Source: Malacoraja senta (Eukaryota). Taken from it: a stretch of 64,000 bases of DNA. The notes under the pieces are model-generated. The model saw only the letters and a list, made by a program, of their open reading frames with translations. It was not told the origin of the DNA and did not search any database. Shown here piece by piece: positions 1-12,478 of this stretch. Within the stretch, counting starts at the first letter, position 1. Each line of letters starts with the position of its first letter. The DNA is taken from the NCBI GenBank assembly GCA_038087875.1, contig CM075989.1, positions 5,394,001 through 5,458,000 on the forward strand, in the 5' to 3' direction. A program made the position numbers and the translations under genes.

Positions 1-164
1 TCTAAATCAGCAGTGGTAGATGTTTAAAGAGCTTTTATATATTTCAGTAAATGTATATTGCATGAGGAAATGATCTGAAATGTCATCTATCCATGTTCTC
101 CAGAGATGCTGCCTGACCTGCTGAGTTACTCCAGCACTATTTTTATCGAACAGTCCAGCACAAG

Positions 165-352
165 TGGATGTAGTTGAGGCAGGTGCTATCACGACGTTTA
201 AGAAACATTTAGGACATGGTTAAGACAGGTTTCGAGGGATATGGGCCAAATACGGGCAGGTGGGACTAGTGTAGATGGGACATGTTGGCCGATGTGGGGA
301 AGTTGGGCCGAAGGACCTGTTTCCACTGTAAGACTCTATGACTCTATGACTC
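165..352 (+). mobile_element. CR1 (HER1-like) LINE 3' end fragment
   Basis: CR1 3' terminus motif gggccgaaggacctgtttcc followed by a (ctatgact)n tail. Confidence 0.7.
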
Positions 353-365
353 CCTCTTCTAGATG

Positions 366-909
366 CAGGGGCGGAAAACCTGGGGGGGGGGGGGCAGAGG
401 GGACACGCCCCCCCCCCATGTTTTGAGAGGTGGGGGACATCCCCCCCAAGTTTTTGATCCGTATTTGTAAATCTCCACTTTCCGCGAGGCAGTGTGGGTG
501 GGACTGATGATCGAGGGCACGATGATTGGAGGAGGGAGGAGTGGGGGGGGGGGGGGTGCTGAGGATAGAGCGCGGCGATTGGAGGAGGGAGACGTGGCAC
601 AGACTTGCGCCTCATCCGCAGGCAGGATCGACTCCGGCCGGGTCTCCGGCGCTGTCCCGAGTGCCCCCCCCCCACGGGTGGCCAGACGCGAGCTGTACCC
701 CCAGGCCCACAGCCAGCGCAGAGAAACAACTCTGCCTGTCCCGCCAGGTTATCCCTGCCTGGGCTTCCGGGAAACATGGCCAGCACGGAGAAGCAGCGCA
801 GGTGTCCTGATGCCTCGCGCGCATGTGTGAGTGTGCGCATGCGCGCGCGGCCACCAAAACATTGTGTCCCCCGTCCCCTCCATGTTTTTGATAGCGAGTT
901 CCGCTCTTG
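366..909. mobile_element. Non-autonomous hAT-type DNA transposon (MITE)
   Basis: Imperfect TIRs caggggcggaa / ttccgctcttg; exact 8-bp TSD tctagatg at 358-365 and 910-917; no transposase ORF. Confidence 0.85.
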
Positions 910-1924
910 TCTAGATGTGACATTCTCAATTTTCCGATCACCAACAGCCCCACCCACACCTTCCTCTCCCTTTGTCATGGCTATTGCTTTCCACTTGGCC
1001 AAAAGGCTAAAATAAAACTGCCACCAAATAAAAATTCTGAACAAAGTTTCTAAATTAAAACATACTCAATTCCTTTGAGCTGTTAACTCATTACATTTGG
1101 AGTAAAAGCTTCCTTCAGCGGTAGGTAGGTGTCCAGAATGAAATAGGCACAAAGGTGGACATCCACACGCCCAAATGAAGTCCTCCACACTTTCTCCTTG
1201 GCTGCTGAATTTGGACGAAGGAGGAGCTTCACTGCTTCTTCCTCAGCATTTATCAAACCTGGAGATAAACCCAGGTACGCCACTTGCCTCTGTACGCTAT
1301 CATTTACGGAATGGCGAAGGACAGAAGATTGAAGTTGTCTTAAGGGCACAAATTGACCAACATTCCCTGCTTGATGTTCTGGCTATGCTGTTGCTCATGC
1401 TGTCTGGATCGACAATTAGGAAACGGATTGTGTTGGCTGGTTTGGGAGACAAGTTTGGCAGAAGACTCCCGAGGTGCTCCGCGCAGTGGCAAAAATACTC
1501 CTGGGATGTGCTGCAGAGCTGAACGGCAGACGGGCCGCTGAGGACAAAGAGGGACATGGTGGGGGGGCATCAAGAACAAAGAGGGACCCGGTGCAGCCTG
1601 GTTCGTCGCTGCAAGAAGATAAGACTGTACTAAGAACTTCAGAATCTTTGTTGGCACCAGAGACTCTTTGTGTACTGCTGAGGTGAAGTCTGATATATGA
1701 TTTTACTGGACTGTCTGCAAAAATAACGAATTTCACTGTACATAGGTACATGTGGCAATAACGTTTCACAGAATCGCTGAGCCATTGAATCATCGAGCAG
1801 GAGTTCAATCACGTGTGGCTTTGCAGATGGAAGGGGTGGTGGGCTGATCATGAGATGTGAAGTGTCGAGGAGGACTGGGCAAGATGGAGCCACTTCCCTC
1901 AGCCCTGGCTCTTCTGCAATAAAC

Positions 1925-2430
1925 TAGAGTTGCTGCCTTACAGCGCCAGAGTCTCGGGTTCGATCCTGACTACGGGTGCTGTCTATAGGGAGTTTGCACG
2001 TTCTCCCCATGACCTGAGAGGGTTTTCTTCGAGTGCACAGGTTTCCTCCCACATTCCAAAGATGTACAGGCTTGCAGGCTAATTGGCTTGGGATGGCCCC
2101 ATAGCAGAAGTGTCCACATCGCGGGGCTGAAAACTGGAAGGATCCCCAGCTCATTCTGCTACCACCATCATCTATTGCAACAAGTGATGGCTCCCACTGA
2201 TTGTCGCCGGAAGTTCGCGTCCTTTTCAGGACGGATGATGACAGCGAGGCCAACATTTGAAACATGGAAGATAGACATGAAAGAAGAGGAAGGCTTGGTA
2301 TAATAGTAAATTATCCCTTGTATGTGTAGGATAGTGTTAATGCGCGGGGATCGCTGGTCGGCGCGGACTTGATGGGCCGAAGGACCCGTTTCAGTGCTGT
2401 GTCTCTTAAACTATCTCCAAACTAAACTGA
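1925..2430 (+). mobile_element. HE1-like tRNA-derived V-SINE, interrupted at about 2090-2295
   Basis: B-box gggttcgatcct, V-domain ggagtttgcacgttctcccc, CR1-type tail and (ctaaa)n. Confidence 0.7.
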
Positions 2431-2723
2431 ACCTCCTGCCTCACCTCCATCCAGGGACCCCAGCAGTCCTTCCAACTGAGACATGCACCTCCTCCAACCT
2501 CTACTGCATCTGGTGAGTCGGTTTTCCTGCAGGACATCTCTCTTCCATTCCCCCTCTAGTCTCACGGCTTCCTGCTCAGCCTTTGAAAACCTTCAACCCT
2601 GGTCACTCCTTCTTCCACCAGTTTCCTTGACAATAAAGGGCTTGTTAGTGGACATCCCCTTTAAGATATGGGACCGGACTTTAGCTGGGGACTTTCCGCT
2701 CATGTTACTGCCCTTATATAGAT

Positions 2724-3510
2724 ACATAGTTACATAGAAAATAGGTGCAGGAGTAGGCCATTCGGCCCTTCGAGCCTGCACCGCCATTCAATATGATCAT
2801 GGCTGATCATCCAACTCAGTATCCCGTACCTGCCTTCTCTCCATACCCCCTGATCCCCTTAGCCACAAGGGCCACATCTAACTCCCTCTTAAATATAGCT
2901 TACGATGAAGTAAACAGTTAGACAGGTGCATGGATGGGACAGGTTTGGAGGGATATGGGCCAAACGTGGGCAGGTGGGACTAGTATATCTGGGACATGTT
3001 GGCCGTTGTGGGCAAGTTGGGCCGAAGGGCCTGTTTCCATGCTGTATCACTCTATGACTGATGGGCGTTTGACAGCACTGGGCCTGCACTCGCTGGAATT
3101 TAGAAGAATGAGGGGGGACCTCATTGAAACTTACTGAATAGTGAAAGGCTTGGATAGAGTGGATGTGGAGAGGATGTTTCCACTAGTGGGAGAGTCTAAG
3201 ACTAGTGGTCATAGCCTCAGAATTAAAGGACGTTCCTTTAGGTAGGCGATGAGCAAGAATTTCTTTAGTCAGAAGGTGTTGAATCTGTGGAATTCTTTGC
3301 CACAGAAGGCTGTGGAGGCCGTCAATGGATATTTTAAAAGCAGAGATAGATAGAATACTGATTAGTATGGGTGTCAGGGGTTATGGGGAGAAGATATGAG
3401 AATGGGGCTAGGAGGGAGAGATAGATCAGCCATGATTGAATGGCGGAGTAGACTTGATGAGCCGAATGGCCTAATTCTGCTTATGACCTTATGACTATGA
3501 CTCCATGACT
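2724..3510. mobile_element. Cluster of CR1 LINE 3' fragments (minus 2724-2900; plus 2900-3510)
   Basis: CR1 ORF2 C-terminal peptide LHSLEFRRMRGDLIETY; terminal repeats catagaaa / ctatgact. Confidence 0.75.
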
Positions 3511-3836
3511 AGGCAGCTTACGCTGGCCAGACGACCGACTCCTCGCGATGAACGCGAGCCATTCTCGACTCACGATCACGCCACCTGTTTCCGGAGGTTG
3601 TTGAATTTGGCTCTGGGGATGCTTTTCCTTTGGAGAAAAGCATCTAGAAATGCAGACATTTTGAATGGCTTTTGCTAAAAATATGAATCTGATTACTTTA
3701 TTCCAGTTTATTCAAAGGCTCCTGTGAATCAAAGAATGCCACTGAATGCCAAAACTTGTTGGAAACTTATTATTCTCCAGGGATGTTTTCAAAATTAAAT
3801 TCAAGATGGGAACAGGGGCTATTGGGGTGTTACTGG

Positions 3837-4431
3837 GACGCGCGGCACAGTGGCACAGCAGTAGTGTGGCTGCCTCACCGCGCCAGAGTCCCGAGTTCGA
3901 TTCTGACTACCGGCACTGTCTGTACAGAGTTTGTATGTTCTCCCCGTGGCTGTAAGGGTTTGCCCTGGGTGCATCGGTTTCCTCCCACACTCCAAACACA
4001 TAAATGCTAATTGGCCTGGTATAATTGTCCTGAGTGTGTGTAAGATAGTGTAAAGTCCCACTGTATGAGGTAATTCAAGAGCTCTCCTGAGTTAAAAAAA
4101 AATCAAACTCGTGGTAAGTGCGTAGAATGTACGTAGCGGCTACGTCGGAGTTCGTGGATGTCTTGTAGCGGCTCGTAACGCTAACGGCAGGTACTCGGGA
4201 AACGCGGTAACTCGTGAAGTTTTTTCAGCACTGTGAAAAATGTCCACAAGAGCCCCGAGTACCTACGAACGGCTATTACCGTAATTCTCCGAGTTCCAAT
4301 CAGGGGAAACTCGGGAGAACTCTTGAATTACCTCGTACAGTGGGACAGGCCCTTAAGTGTGCGGGGATCGTTGGTCGACGCGGACTCAATGGGCCGAAGG
4401 GCCTGTTTCCATGATGTATCTCTAAACTAAA
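3837..4431 (+). mobile_element. HE1-like SINE split by a Harbinger-like MITE
   Basis: SINE head and V-domain at 3837-4050; tail resumes at 4354-4431. Confidence 0.7.
4054..4353. mobile_element. PIF/Harbinger-like MITE
   Basis: Inverted ends gtcccactgtatgaggtaattcaagag / ctcttgaattacctcgtacagtgggacaggccct, flanked by taa; same family as 37685-39237. Confidence 0.7.
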
Positions 4432-5083
4432 CAGACTTTTGATCCACCTCTCCAGGAGGCACTAAGTCAGCTTGGTTCCTGCATATGATTACCTCAGCCA
4501 AGTCGTTTAGTCTAGATCTAAAGTCTAGTCTGGAGATACATCCATCAACATTAACAATTTGGACATGTGAACATCACAATTGCAACATTTAGACAGGTAC
4601 ATGGATAGGATAGTATTAAAGGGTTATGGGCCAAATGCAGGCAGGTGGTACTAGTGTAGGTGGGGCATGTTGGTTGGTGCAGGCAAGTTGGGTCGAAGGG
4701 CCTGTTTCCACGCTGTATGACTATGACTTTAACCGAGGGTGCATGCACAGTTAAATGGAGGATTCATGATTCAATGAGGTCATCGCCTCAGAATTAAAGG
4801 ACGTTCCTTTAGGAAGGAGATGAGGAGGAATTTCTTCGGGACAATTAAATATTGACTATCAGAACTGCCTCAAAGGAGGGATAGACTTAATGCCGTTATA
4901 TTTCCTTCGGATTTTGCCTCAGGATAATCGAAAATGCATCACAGCCCATTAACTAATAATTTGTTTACTATTTTTAAATAGTGCTTAATATTCTGTGGAC
5001 AATCCCAGGGTAAACCATCCCAACTTTTTGTGATATGGATGATAAGGTGAAAAAATCTTTTGATCAGCCAACAATGGAACAGT

Positions 5084-5111
5084 CTGAAGAAGGGTCTCGA
5101 CCCGAAACGTC
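5084..5111 (+). ncRNA. Minimal hammerhead-ribozyme-like core in a PLE terminal repeat
   Basis: CTGAAGA-A-GGGTCtcGACCC-GAAA-CGTC gives the CUGANGA box, stem II, GAAA box and a GUC triplet; stem I pairing is weak. Confidence 0.5.
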
Positions 5112-5221
5112 GCCAATTCCTTCTCTCCATAGATGCTGCCTCACCCGCTGAGTTTTTTCCAGCATTTTTTGTTTATCATTGCAAAAGGGCTGTTGAGGTC
5201 CCTGGATGGAGGTCACTCTGT

Positions 5222-5935
5222 CTCCAGGTACTTTCCCTAACAACCACAGGAGATGTAACACCTGCCCTTAATACCTCCACCTTCATCTCCATCCAGGGCC
5301 ACCAAGAGTCCTTCCAGGGGAGACAGAGGCTCACATGCACCTCCGTTAACCTCATCTACTGCATTCAGGGGTTCCCGCTGTGGCCTCCTGCACAATGGCG
5401 AGACCAAGCATAGACTCGGCGACCATTTCGCTGAACACTTTCACTTTCCAAGGCCTACTGGATCTTCTGGTTGCTTCAGCCACTTTAACCTCCCTTCCCA
5501 TTCCCATACTGGCCTTCCTGTCCTGGACCTCCTCCATTGCCAGAGTGAGTCCACAGGCGAAGTGGAGGAACAGCACCTCGTATTCCACTTGGGCAGCTTA
5601 CAAACCAGTGGAATGAACATTGAATTCTCTAATTTTAGCTAACTTCTACAAAAACCTCCCTCCCACCTCCCCCCTCTTCAACAACCCCCCCCCCCCTTCT
5701 CCACGAAACGTTGGCTAACCAGTTCCATTGTTCACAACTATGTATTCCTCTTGGGCTCACCCTGTCTCTATTAAACAGTCAGCCTATCAGGGAACCTCCT
5801 TGCCCAAGGACATCTGTTGCCGGCCCCGAATTGCCCTATTTTTCCCCCCAGTATCTCCACTACAATCAGTCTGAAGAAAGGTCCCGACCCGAAACGTCAC
5901 GTATTCCTTTTCTCCAGAGACGCTGAGTTACTCCA
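5222..5935 (+). pseudogene. Penelope-like retroelement 3' remnant: degraded GIY-YIG endonuclease plus terminal repeat
   Basis: Frameshifted translation SIQGHQESFQGRQRLTCTSVNLIYCI...CGLLHNGETKHRLGDHFAEH resembles the PLE GIY-YIG domain preceded by a Cys-rich linker; ends in ctgaagaaaggtcccgacccgaaacgtc. Confidence 0.75.
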
Positions 5936-6129
5936 GTGGTTCTCCTTTTATTAAGTACATTCATGCAAACAAATATCCAATCCCTCTTGGTGTGTTTGTA
6001 ATTAATTGTTAGCCCATGACACCACTTGCGATTGAAACAACAAATTGTTTGTTATTGCGGCTAGGATGAGGAGCAGGGATGACAACGATTGTGTCAAATG
6101 GGAGCCTGGTTTAGGCAACAGGACAAGGA

Positions 6130-7285
6130 GGACGTTTCAAGTCGGGTCCCTTCTTCAGACTGATTGTGGTGGGGGGTGGGGGGTGGGGGGGGGCAAAGCG
6201 TAGGTGAACACGGGTGAGGGTTTTTCTTGATAAGCCGATGGTTGGACAAAGGCCAGGGATGAAAAAAAAGGTGTGAGACAAAACCGTTTAAGAGTTGCAA
6301 ATTGTGAAGCCAGAGGAAGGAATATTGGTGATGGGGGGAGGGGGAGAGAAGAAATAGGTGCAAGTCAAGACGGGGCACAGGGGAGGTGTAGGTGAAGAGA
6401 GGCAGGTGTGGGGGATAAAGGGGAGGTTGTTAGAGGTTACCTAAAATTGGAGAATGCAATGTTCATACCATTGGATTGTAGGCTTTCCCAAGTGGAATAT
6501 GAGGTGTTGTGTTTCCTGGAAACATAGAAATATAGAAAATAGGTGCATGGGAAGGCCATTTGGCCCTTCGAGCCAGCCATTGATTCATTGTGATCATGGC
6601 TAATCATCCACAATCAATAACCCATGCCTGCCTTTTCCCCATATCCCTTGATTCCGCTAGCCCCTAGAGCCCTATCTAACTCTCTTTTAAATCCATCCAG
6701 TGCATTGGCCTCTAATGCCTTCTGTGGCAGAGAATTCCACAAATTCACAACTCTCTGTGTGAAAACGTTTTTTTCTCATCTCAGTCTTAAATGACCTCCC
6801 CTTTATTCTTAGACTGTGGCCCCTGGTTCTGGACTCCCCCAACATTGGGAACATTTTTCCTGCGTCTAGCTTGTCCAGTCCTTTTATAATTTTATACGTT
6901 TCTATAAGATCCCCCCTCATCCTTCAAAACTCCAGTGAATACAAGCCAATCTTTCCTCATATGACAGTCCCGCCATCCCGGGGATTAACCTCGCGAACCT
7001 ACACGGCACTGTCTCAATAGCAAGGATGTCCTTCCTCAAATTAGGAGACCAAAGCTGCACATAATACTCCAGATGTGGTCTTATCAGGGCCCTGTACAAC
7101 TGCAGAAGGACCTCTTTATTCCTACACACAAATCCTCTCATTATGAAGGCCAACATGCCATTAGCTTTCTTCACTGCTTTGTGTGTGGAGAAGGCCCAGG
7201 ATAGAAAAGTCAGTAACCGGAATGGGAAGGGGAGTTAAAATTGTCATCAATTGAGAGATCCAGTAGACCTTGATGGACCAAGCGC
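6130..7285 (-). mobile_element. Penelope-like remnant interrupted by a CR1 fragment
   Basis: Reverse-complement similarity to 5440-5900 at 6130-6515 and 7180-7285. Confidence 0.65.
6519..7178 (-). mobile_element. CR1 LINE 3' fragment
   Basis: ORF2 C-terminal peptides KKANGMLAFI...LYRALIRPHLEY...WSP and RGDLIETYKIIKG...RTRGHSLRI. Confidence 0.85.
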
Positions 7286-7481
7286 GTTTATTCAATCTAC
7301 TCTAAATGGCTATAGCATTTAAAGGCAGACATACCTATATCATAGAGTCATCGAATGATACAGTGTGGAAACAGGCCCTTCATAAATACTGATTTGCACT
7401 CACATCTACGTCACCTACTTTAAAATATCTCTTTAGTATACAAAATGGGCATTTATTTTGGCTTTTTGAACATGTAGTAAG

Positions 7482-7826
7482 CGGCCGTTTCGGAACTCCA
7501 AGCCGCTGAGAGCATCCTTCCGATACCGGAGTTCCATCATCCTGAAACATCCAGAGGGCCTGAAACATCGGGCCGCCATAGCGGTGACTGCGAAGGCCTC
7601 AATAGGCCCCGACCACGGGTGAACATGGAGGAAGTGGACTGAACTTTGCTGCCTTCCCTCACATTGGGAAACGTTGATCCCGCTGTGGGGGGATGTTTTT
7701 TTTATGTTTAATGTTAAATTCTATAATGTTGTGTTTATTTTATTTGTGTGCTGCAATGGCAACTCAAATTTCACTACACCAATTGGTGAATGTGACAATA
7801 AATGTCCTTTGTCCTTTGTCCTTTGA
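7482..7826 (+). mobile_element. Non-autonomous retroelement 3' part with Rex/Babar-type tail
   Basis: Shared hairpin at about 7654-7693; tail tttcactacaccaattggtgaatgtgacaataaa + (tgtcctt)n. Confidence 0.55.
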
Positions 7827-8704
7827 ATAAGGGCCCACTGTTTTTTTAAATAATGATATTAGACCTTTAAATTTGGTCTGACAGAGCAGGCTAGGCCTTG
7901 ATTTGTTGTCATGTACATTTGATGTGTAATGTTGTACTGAAAATGGCACAATAATATGAGAAGGTGAACACATTCCAAGAAAATTGATCTCAATGGCAAG
8001 GTCGGACTCTCAAGGTTTGAATCCTACAGTAGAAGACATTTCAAGATCCAGTCTGACAAAGTGCATTTCCAAGAGAATACTGTCTTGTCAAATGTACCAC
8101 ACCTCAAATAAAATGGTGAACTGTCAATGAAAGATACGTACAGGGTGGTAGTCACACTGCCGAGAAACTGGCGCTTCAGTTCAATTGACCATGCTGACCA
8201 TAATGTCTTGCCGCAACTATCCCACTTCCCAGCACTTGGTCTCCAGCTAACTGTGCCTCAACCCTCAGAAAAACTCCAAGCAACATGACCAGAAATTTCT
8301 ACAAAGATACTCCCGCTTTGAATTGGAGACTTCATTGACTTCCTCCAAAATTATGCAATGTCAAATGCAATTCCAACAGCGATACCTTCTGAGGAACCTA
8401 CTCTACATCTAAGGCGTGGGTAGTATACAGTTAGTTAGCTTGCAATGATGAGATTTGTATCTATTTCCTAGTGACACTTTGAAACTTTTAAAATAAAACC
8501 TAATCTTAGTTTGTAATTTTTCTGTCAGGTACGAATTCAACAATGACTCTTGTGCTGACATCATAGGCATGAGTATCCTTTTACCCCTGCAGTCAGTTGT
8601 AAGAATGGAGATTGTTTCTCTTGCCCAGTAACTAGTTTAAGCTTTGCAGATAACTTGTGTCAAGGGTTGTCAGCATGCCACCCATCCTCAAGTGTTGTGG
8701 CAAT

Positions 8705-9082
8705 AGCGGAGGCCTCAATAGGCCTGACTTTGGGAGAACTGGGGTTGGGGACTGGACATTGTGCCTTCCCCCCACAGTGGTAACCATTGTGGGGGGATGA
8801 TTTTTGTGTGTTGTGTCTATGTTAGTCTGTGTTCAAGATGGCAGTCGGAAGGGAGAGTGGACACTGGCGCGGTTTAGCTGCCGCTGCTCTCTCCTCACAT
8901 TGAGTTTCTGATTTTCTTTTTTGTGTCTTTGGATTGAATTCTGTCTTTCATTTGTGTATTGGTGATGTCTTTATTACTTATTTTACCCCGATTATTTGTT
9001 TCTTCGTTAAACTCTGTAAGGTGTCCTTGAGACTTTTGTATAGGCGCCCACAAATACAATTTATTATTATTATTATTATTAA
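8705..9082 (+). mobile_element. Non-autonomous retroelement 3' part with L2-type tail
   Basis: Near-copy at 62690-63108; tail gtaaggtgtccttgag...aggcgccc...(tta)n. Confidence 0.6.
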
Positions 9083-9171
9083 TCCAATTCAGTTGCAATG
9101 TTCAATCTATCCATACAAAGTCACGCATTTGTATAATTCCACCCATTTTGATTGTGTTGCATCTATACAGT

Positions 9172-9328
9172 GTTGGTTGGTTGATCGATTGATTGATTGA
9201 CTGATCAATTGATTGATTGATTGATTGAATTGATTGATTGACATTGATCGATTGATTTGCAGATTGATTGATTGAATGGTTAATTGGTTTGATTGATCGA
9301 TTGATCGATTGATTGATTGATTGATTGA
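9172..9328. repeat. (GATT)n microsatellite, degenerate
   Basis: Tandem gatt/gatc units adjoining a minus-strand SINE tail. Confidence 0.9.
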
Positions 9329-9615
9329 AAGATATAGCATGGAAATAGGCCCTCAGCTCACCGACCATTGATTATCTGTTCACTAGTTCTATGTTACCCC
9401 GTTTTTACATCTACTACCTTAAAAAAAACATTTACAGAGGCCAATTATCTAAGAAACCCACTAGTCTTTGGAATCTGGGTTGAAACCGGAGCCCCTGGAG
9501 GAAACCCACACAGTCAGAGGGAGAGCGTTCAAACTCCACGCACGCAGCACCCAAGGTGAGGATTGAACCTGGGTCTCGGGAGATGTGAAGCCACAATTCT
9601 ACTCACTGTGTGGTG
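9329..9615 (-). mobile_element. Diverged HE1-like SINE
   Basis: Reverse-complement V-domain and tail motifs. Confidence 0.6.
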
Positions 9616-10109
9616 TCTCATCCACATGCAAAGATATCTCGTATAAGTCACAATTTGACAGGCAAACTCATAACTCGACAAGACCAGTGCTGACACACGA
9701 GTGTTTTATACAGATTATAAAACTCTGGCTAATCCTTCCAATTTCCTTGGCCTGCATCGCTTAGATCAATATCAATGTCCTTAATTTCATTTACAACCCA
9801 ATATTAATAATAAATTAAATTCACACTTTGTACAATTTGGACCCATTATCTTCTGCACAAAAAATTTACCTGTTGCATCAAGGGGCTTATCCCAAAATTA
9901 CATATGACCTTATACTGCGACTTCATATCAGTGTCAAGCCAACTGTATATTCGATCTGGCAGAAACATCCCATTAACAGGGAAAAATGAGATTTAGAATA
10001 GTTTTCATTGTACAGTTTAGAAGCGAAACAATACCCAACTCTAGTGTGTATTTCTTCGCAAGAAGTGACCTGTGTTTAAACTTTGACTTTGAGAATTCTG
10101 AAATGTCAA

Positions 10110-10425
10110 ACAGTCTCGTGCCCAGAGTAGGGGAATCGAGGACTCGAGGACATAGGTTTAAGGTGAATGGGAAAAGATTTAAGAAGAATACGAGGGGTCA
10201 TTTGTTCACTCAAAGTGTGGTGGTGGGTGTATAGAATGAACTGCCAGAGGAGGTAGTTGAGACTATCCCAACATTTAAGAAACTGTTAGACAGATACATG
10301 AACAGGTTTGGAGGGATATGGGCCAAACACAGACAGGTGGGACGAGTGTAGCTGGGACATGTTGGTCGGTGTGGGCAAGTTGAGCTGAATTGTCTGCTTC
10401 CATGCTGTATGACACTGTGACTCTA
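10110..10425 (+). mobile_element. CR1 LINE 3' fragment
   Basis: Peptide PRVGESRTRGHRFKVNGKRFKKNTRGHLFTQ; CR1 3' UTR. Confidence 0.75.
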
Positions 10426-10464
10426 AAACCTCAAACAGCAGTAATTTGAGCAGAAGTTCAGATT

Positions 10465-10905
10465 AGTTTAGAGATACAGCATTAAAACCGACCTTTCGGC
10501 CCATAGACTCCACGCTGACCATCAGTCACACCCATTCACACAAGTTCTATATTATCCCATTTTCCTACTCCCTACATGCTGGGAGTAATTTTACAGAGGC
10601 CAATTCATTTAGTTTAGCTTATTCTCACATGTACCAAGGTACAGTGAAAAGCTGTTGTTGCATGCTAACCAGTCAGTGGAAAGACTAAACATGATTACAG
10701 TCAAACCATCCACACTGTACAGATACAGGATACAAACTACAGATGCACATGTCTTTGGGATGTGGTAGGAAACCAGAGCATCTGTTGGAAACCCACACGG
10801 TCACAGGGAGAACGTGCAAACATCACACACACAGCACCCGAGTTCAGGATCGAGTCGGGATCTCAGGAGCGGTGAGGCAGCAGTTCTATCACCTGCACTG
10901 CCCTG
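10465..10905 (-). mobile_element. HE1-like SINE with an internal Rex-type tail insertion
   Basis: Reverse-complement SINE motifs; 10610-10735 matches the Rex-type 3' tail seen elsewhere in the window. Confidence 0.6.
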
Positions 10906-11363
10906 CTGCCGATAAGTCTTCCCAAGCCAACCCGTGTGTCATCTTCAGTAAGACAAAGATGTACATGTTTGTAGGTTAATTGGCTTGGGTTTGTATACTT
11001 GGTATACTTGGTATAAATGTAAATTGTCCTTAGGGTGTGCAAACTTGTGTTAATGTGCGGGGATTGTTGGTCGGTGCGGACTGGGTGGGCTGAAGGGCCT
11101 GTTTCTGCGCTGTATCTCTAAACTAAACTAAACTAAACTAAACTAAACTAAAAAGCGTTTCCTAGTGTTCAGGAAATCTTATATTCATTTCCTAAATGTT
11201 GTCATACTTGCAAATTGTCATTTCAGACATTAGTGCCGAAAATGCCATGGCATTAATCACCTTGTATAATCCAGAGGGCAACGGCGATGATGACCTGTGC
11301 ATGTGGATTGGAGTTTACTATCCAAATTCACTGGCACAATAATTTCAGAAGACATTGTGTTTG

Positions 11364-11675
11364 GGGCGGCATGGTAGTGCAATGGTAGAGTTGCTGCTTT
11401 ACAGCGCCAAAGACCCGGGTTCGATCCCGACTATGGGTGCTGTCTGTACGGAGTTTGTACATTCTCCCCATGACCACGTGGGTTTTCTCAGAGATCTTTG
11501 GTTTCCACCCACACTCCAAAGACCTACAGTTTTGTATGTTAATTGGCTTGGTATCAATGTAAAATTGGCCCTAGTGTGCGTAGGATAGTGTCAATGTGCG
11601 GGGGGTCGCTGGTCGGTGTGGACTCGGTGGGCCGAAGGGCCTGTTTCCACTCTGTATCTCTAAACTAAACTAAAC
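11364..11675 (+). mobile_element. HE1-like SINE, full length
   Basis: tRNA-like head with A/B boxes, V-domain, CR1 tail, (ctaaa)n. Confidence 0.85.
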
Positions 11676-11964
11676 GGAAAAAGATTGTCATATTGACTGA
11701 ACCTTTGCATTAGGTCTGACAAGCTCATACATTTCTCTAGAATAACAATTATATTAATCTGAAGTTGTAAAGTTCTGTTCAGTCTTGACAAGTTTGTATC
11801 TGTCTTCATGTTACCTGCTCCAACTGTGCTTGAATATTAGGAATAATGTTTAACCAGTCAGCAGATACAAGGATGCTGGTTTTGTTCCCAATCAGATCAA
11901 AAAGCGCTTCACTATTCAACCCTTTGCAGTTTATCTCCTAACTTATTATGTCTAACTAAATGAA

Positions 11965-12478
11965 TTGCTGGAAAAACTCAGTGTTGGAGAAACTCAGTGT
12001 TGGAGAAACTCAGCGGGCCAGGCAGCACCTGGAGAGAGAATGAATAGGCACTTTTCGGGTCAGCATCCTTCCTCAGTCTGATTAGTTTTGGGTCTGGACT
12101 CTTAATCAGACTGATCATCTGTGGATGGATCTGACCCGAAAGATCATCTGTAGGAAGGAACTGCAGATGCTGGTTTAAATCGAAGATAGGCACAAAATGC
12201 TGGAGTAACTCAGCAGGACAGGCAGCATCTCTGGAGAGAAAGAATGGGTGATGTTTCGGGTCGAGACCCTTCTTCTGACTGATCTGAAGAAGGGTCTCAA
12301 CCCGAAGCGTCGTCCATTCCTTCTCTCCAGAGATGCTGCCTGTCCCGCTGAGTTACTCCAGCATTTTGCGTCTATCTCCGAAACATCGTCTGTCCATTCC
12401 CTCGCCAGATGTTGCCTGACTCGTTGAATTCCTCCAGCATTTTGTATTTTGTTCAAGATTCCAGCATCTGCAGTGCCT
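11965..12478. mobile_element. Nested palindromic PLE-derived terminal-repeat units
   Basis: Head-to-head copies of atgctggagtaactcagc...gggtcgagacccttctt and its reverse complement. Confidence 0.7.

Noticed and set aside
220..1044. 274-aa minus-strand ORF and overlapping ORFs
   Set aside because: They cross a CR1 tail and a GC-rich hAT MITE; no domain is recognisable.
1083..1258. Possible minus-strand exon in phase with the donor near 15273, implying TGA readthrough or selenocysteine
   Set aside because: Weak polypyrimidine tract, no recognisable protein and no SECIS identified; phase agreement has a one-in-three chance.
8240..8615. Possible plus-strand exons (acceptor tttttctgtcag at about 8528; peptide GDFIDFLQNYA)
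   Set aside because: Short frames bounded by stops, no convincing donor and no identifiable homolog.
11364..11440. tRNA genes at SINE heads
   Set aside because: A/B boxes run directly into V-domain and CR1 tail sequence; these are SINE heads.
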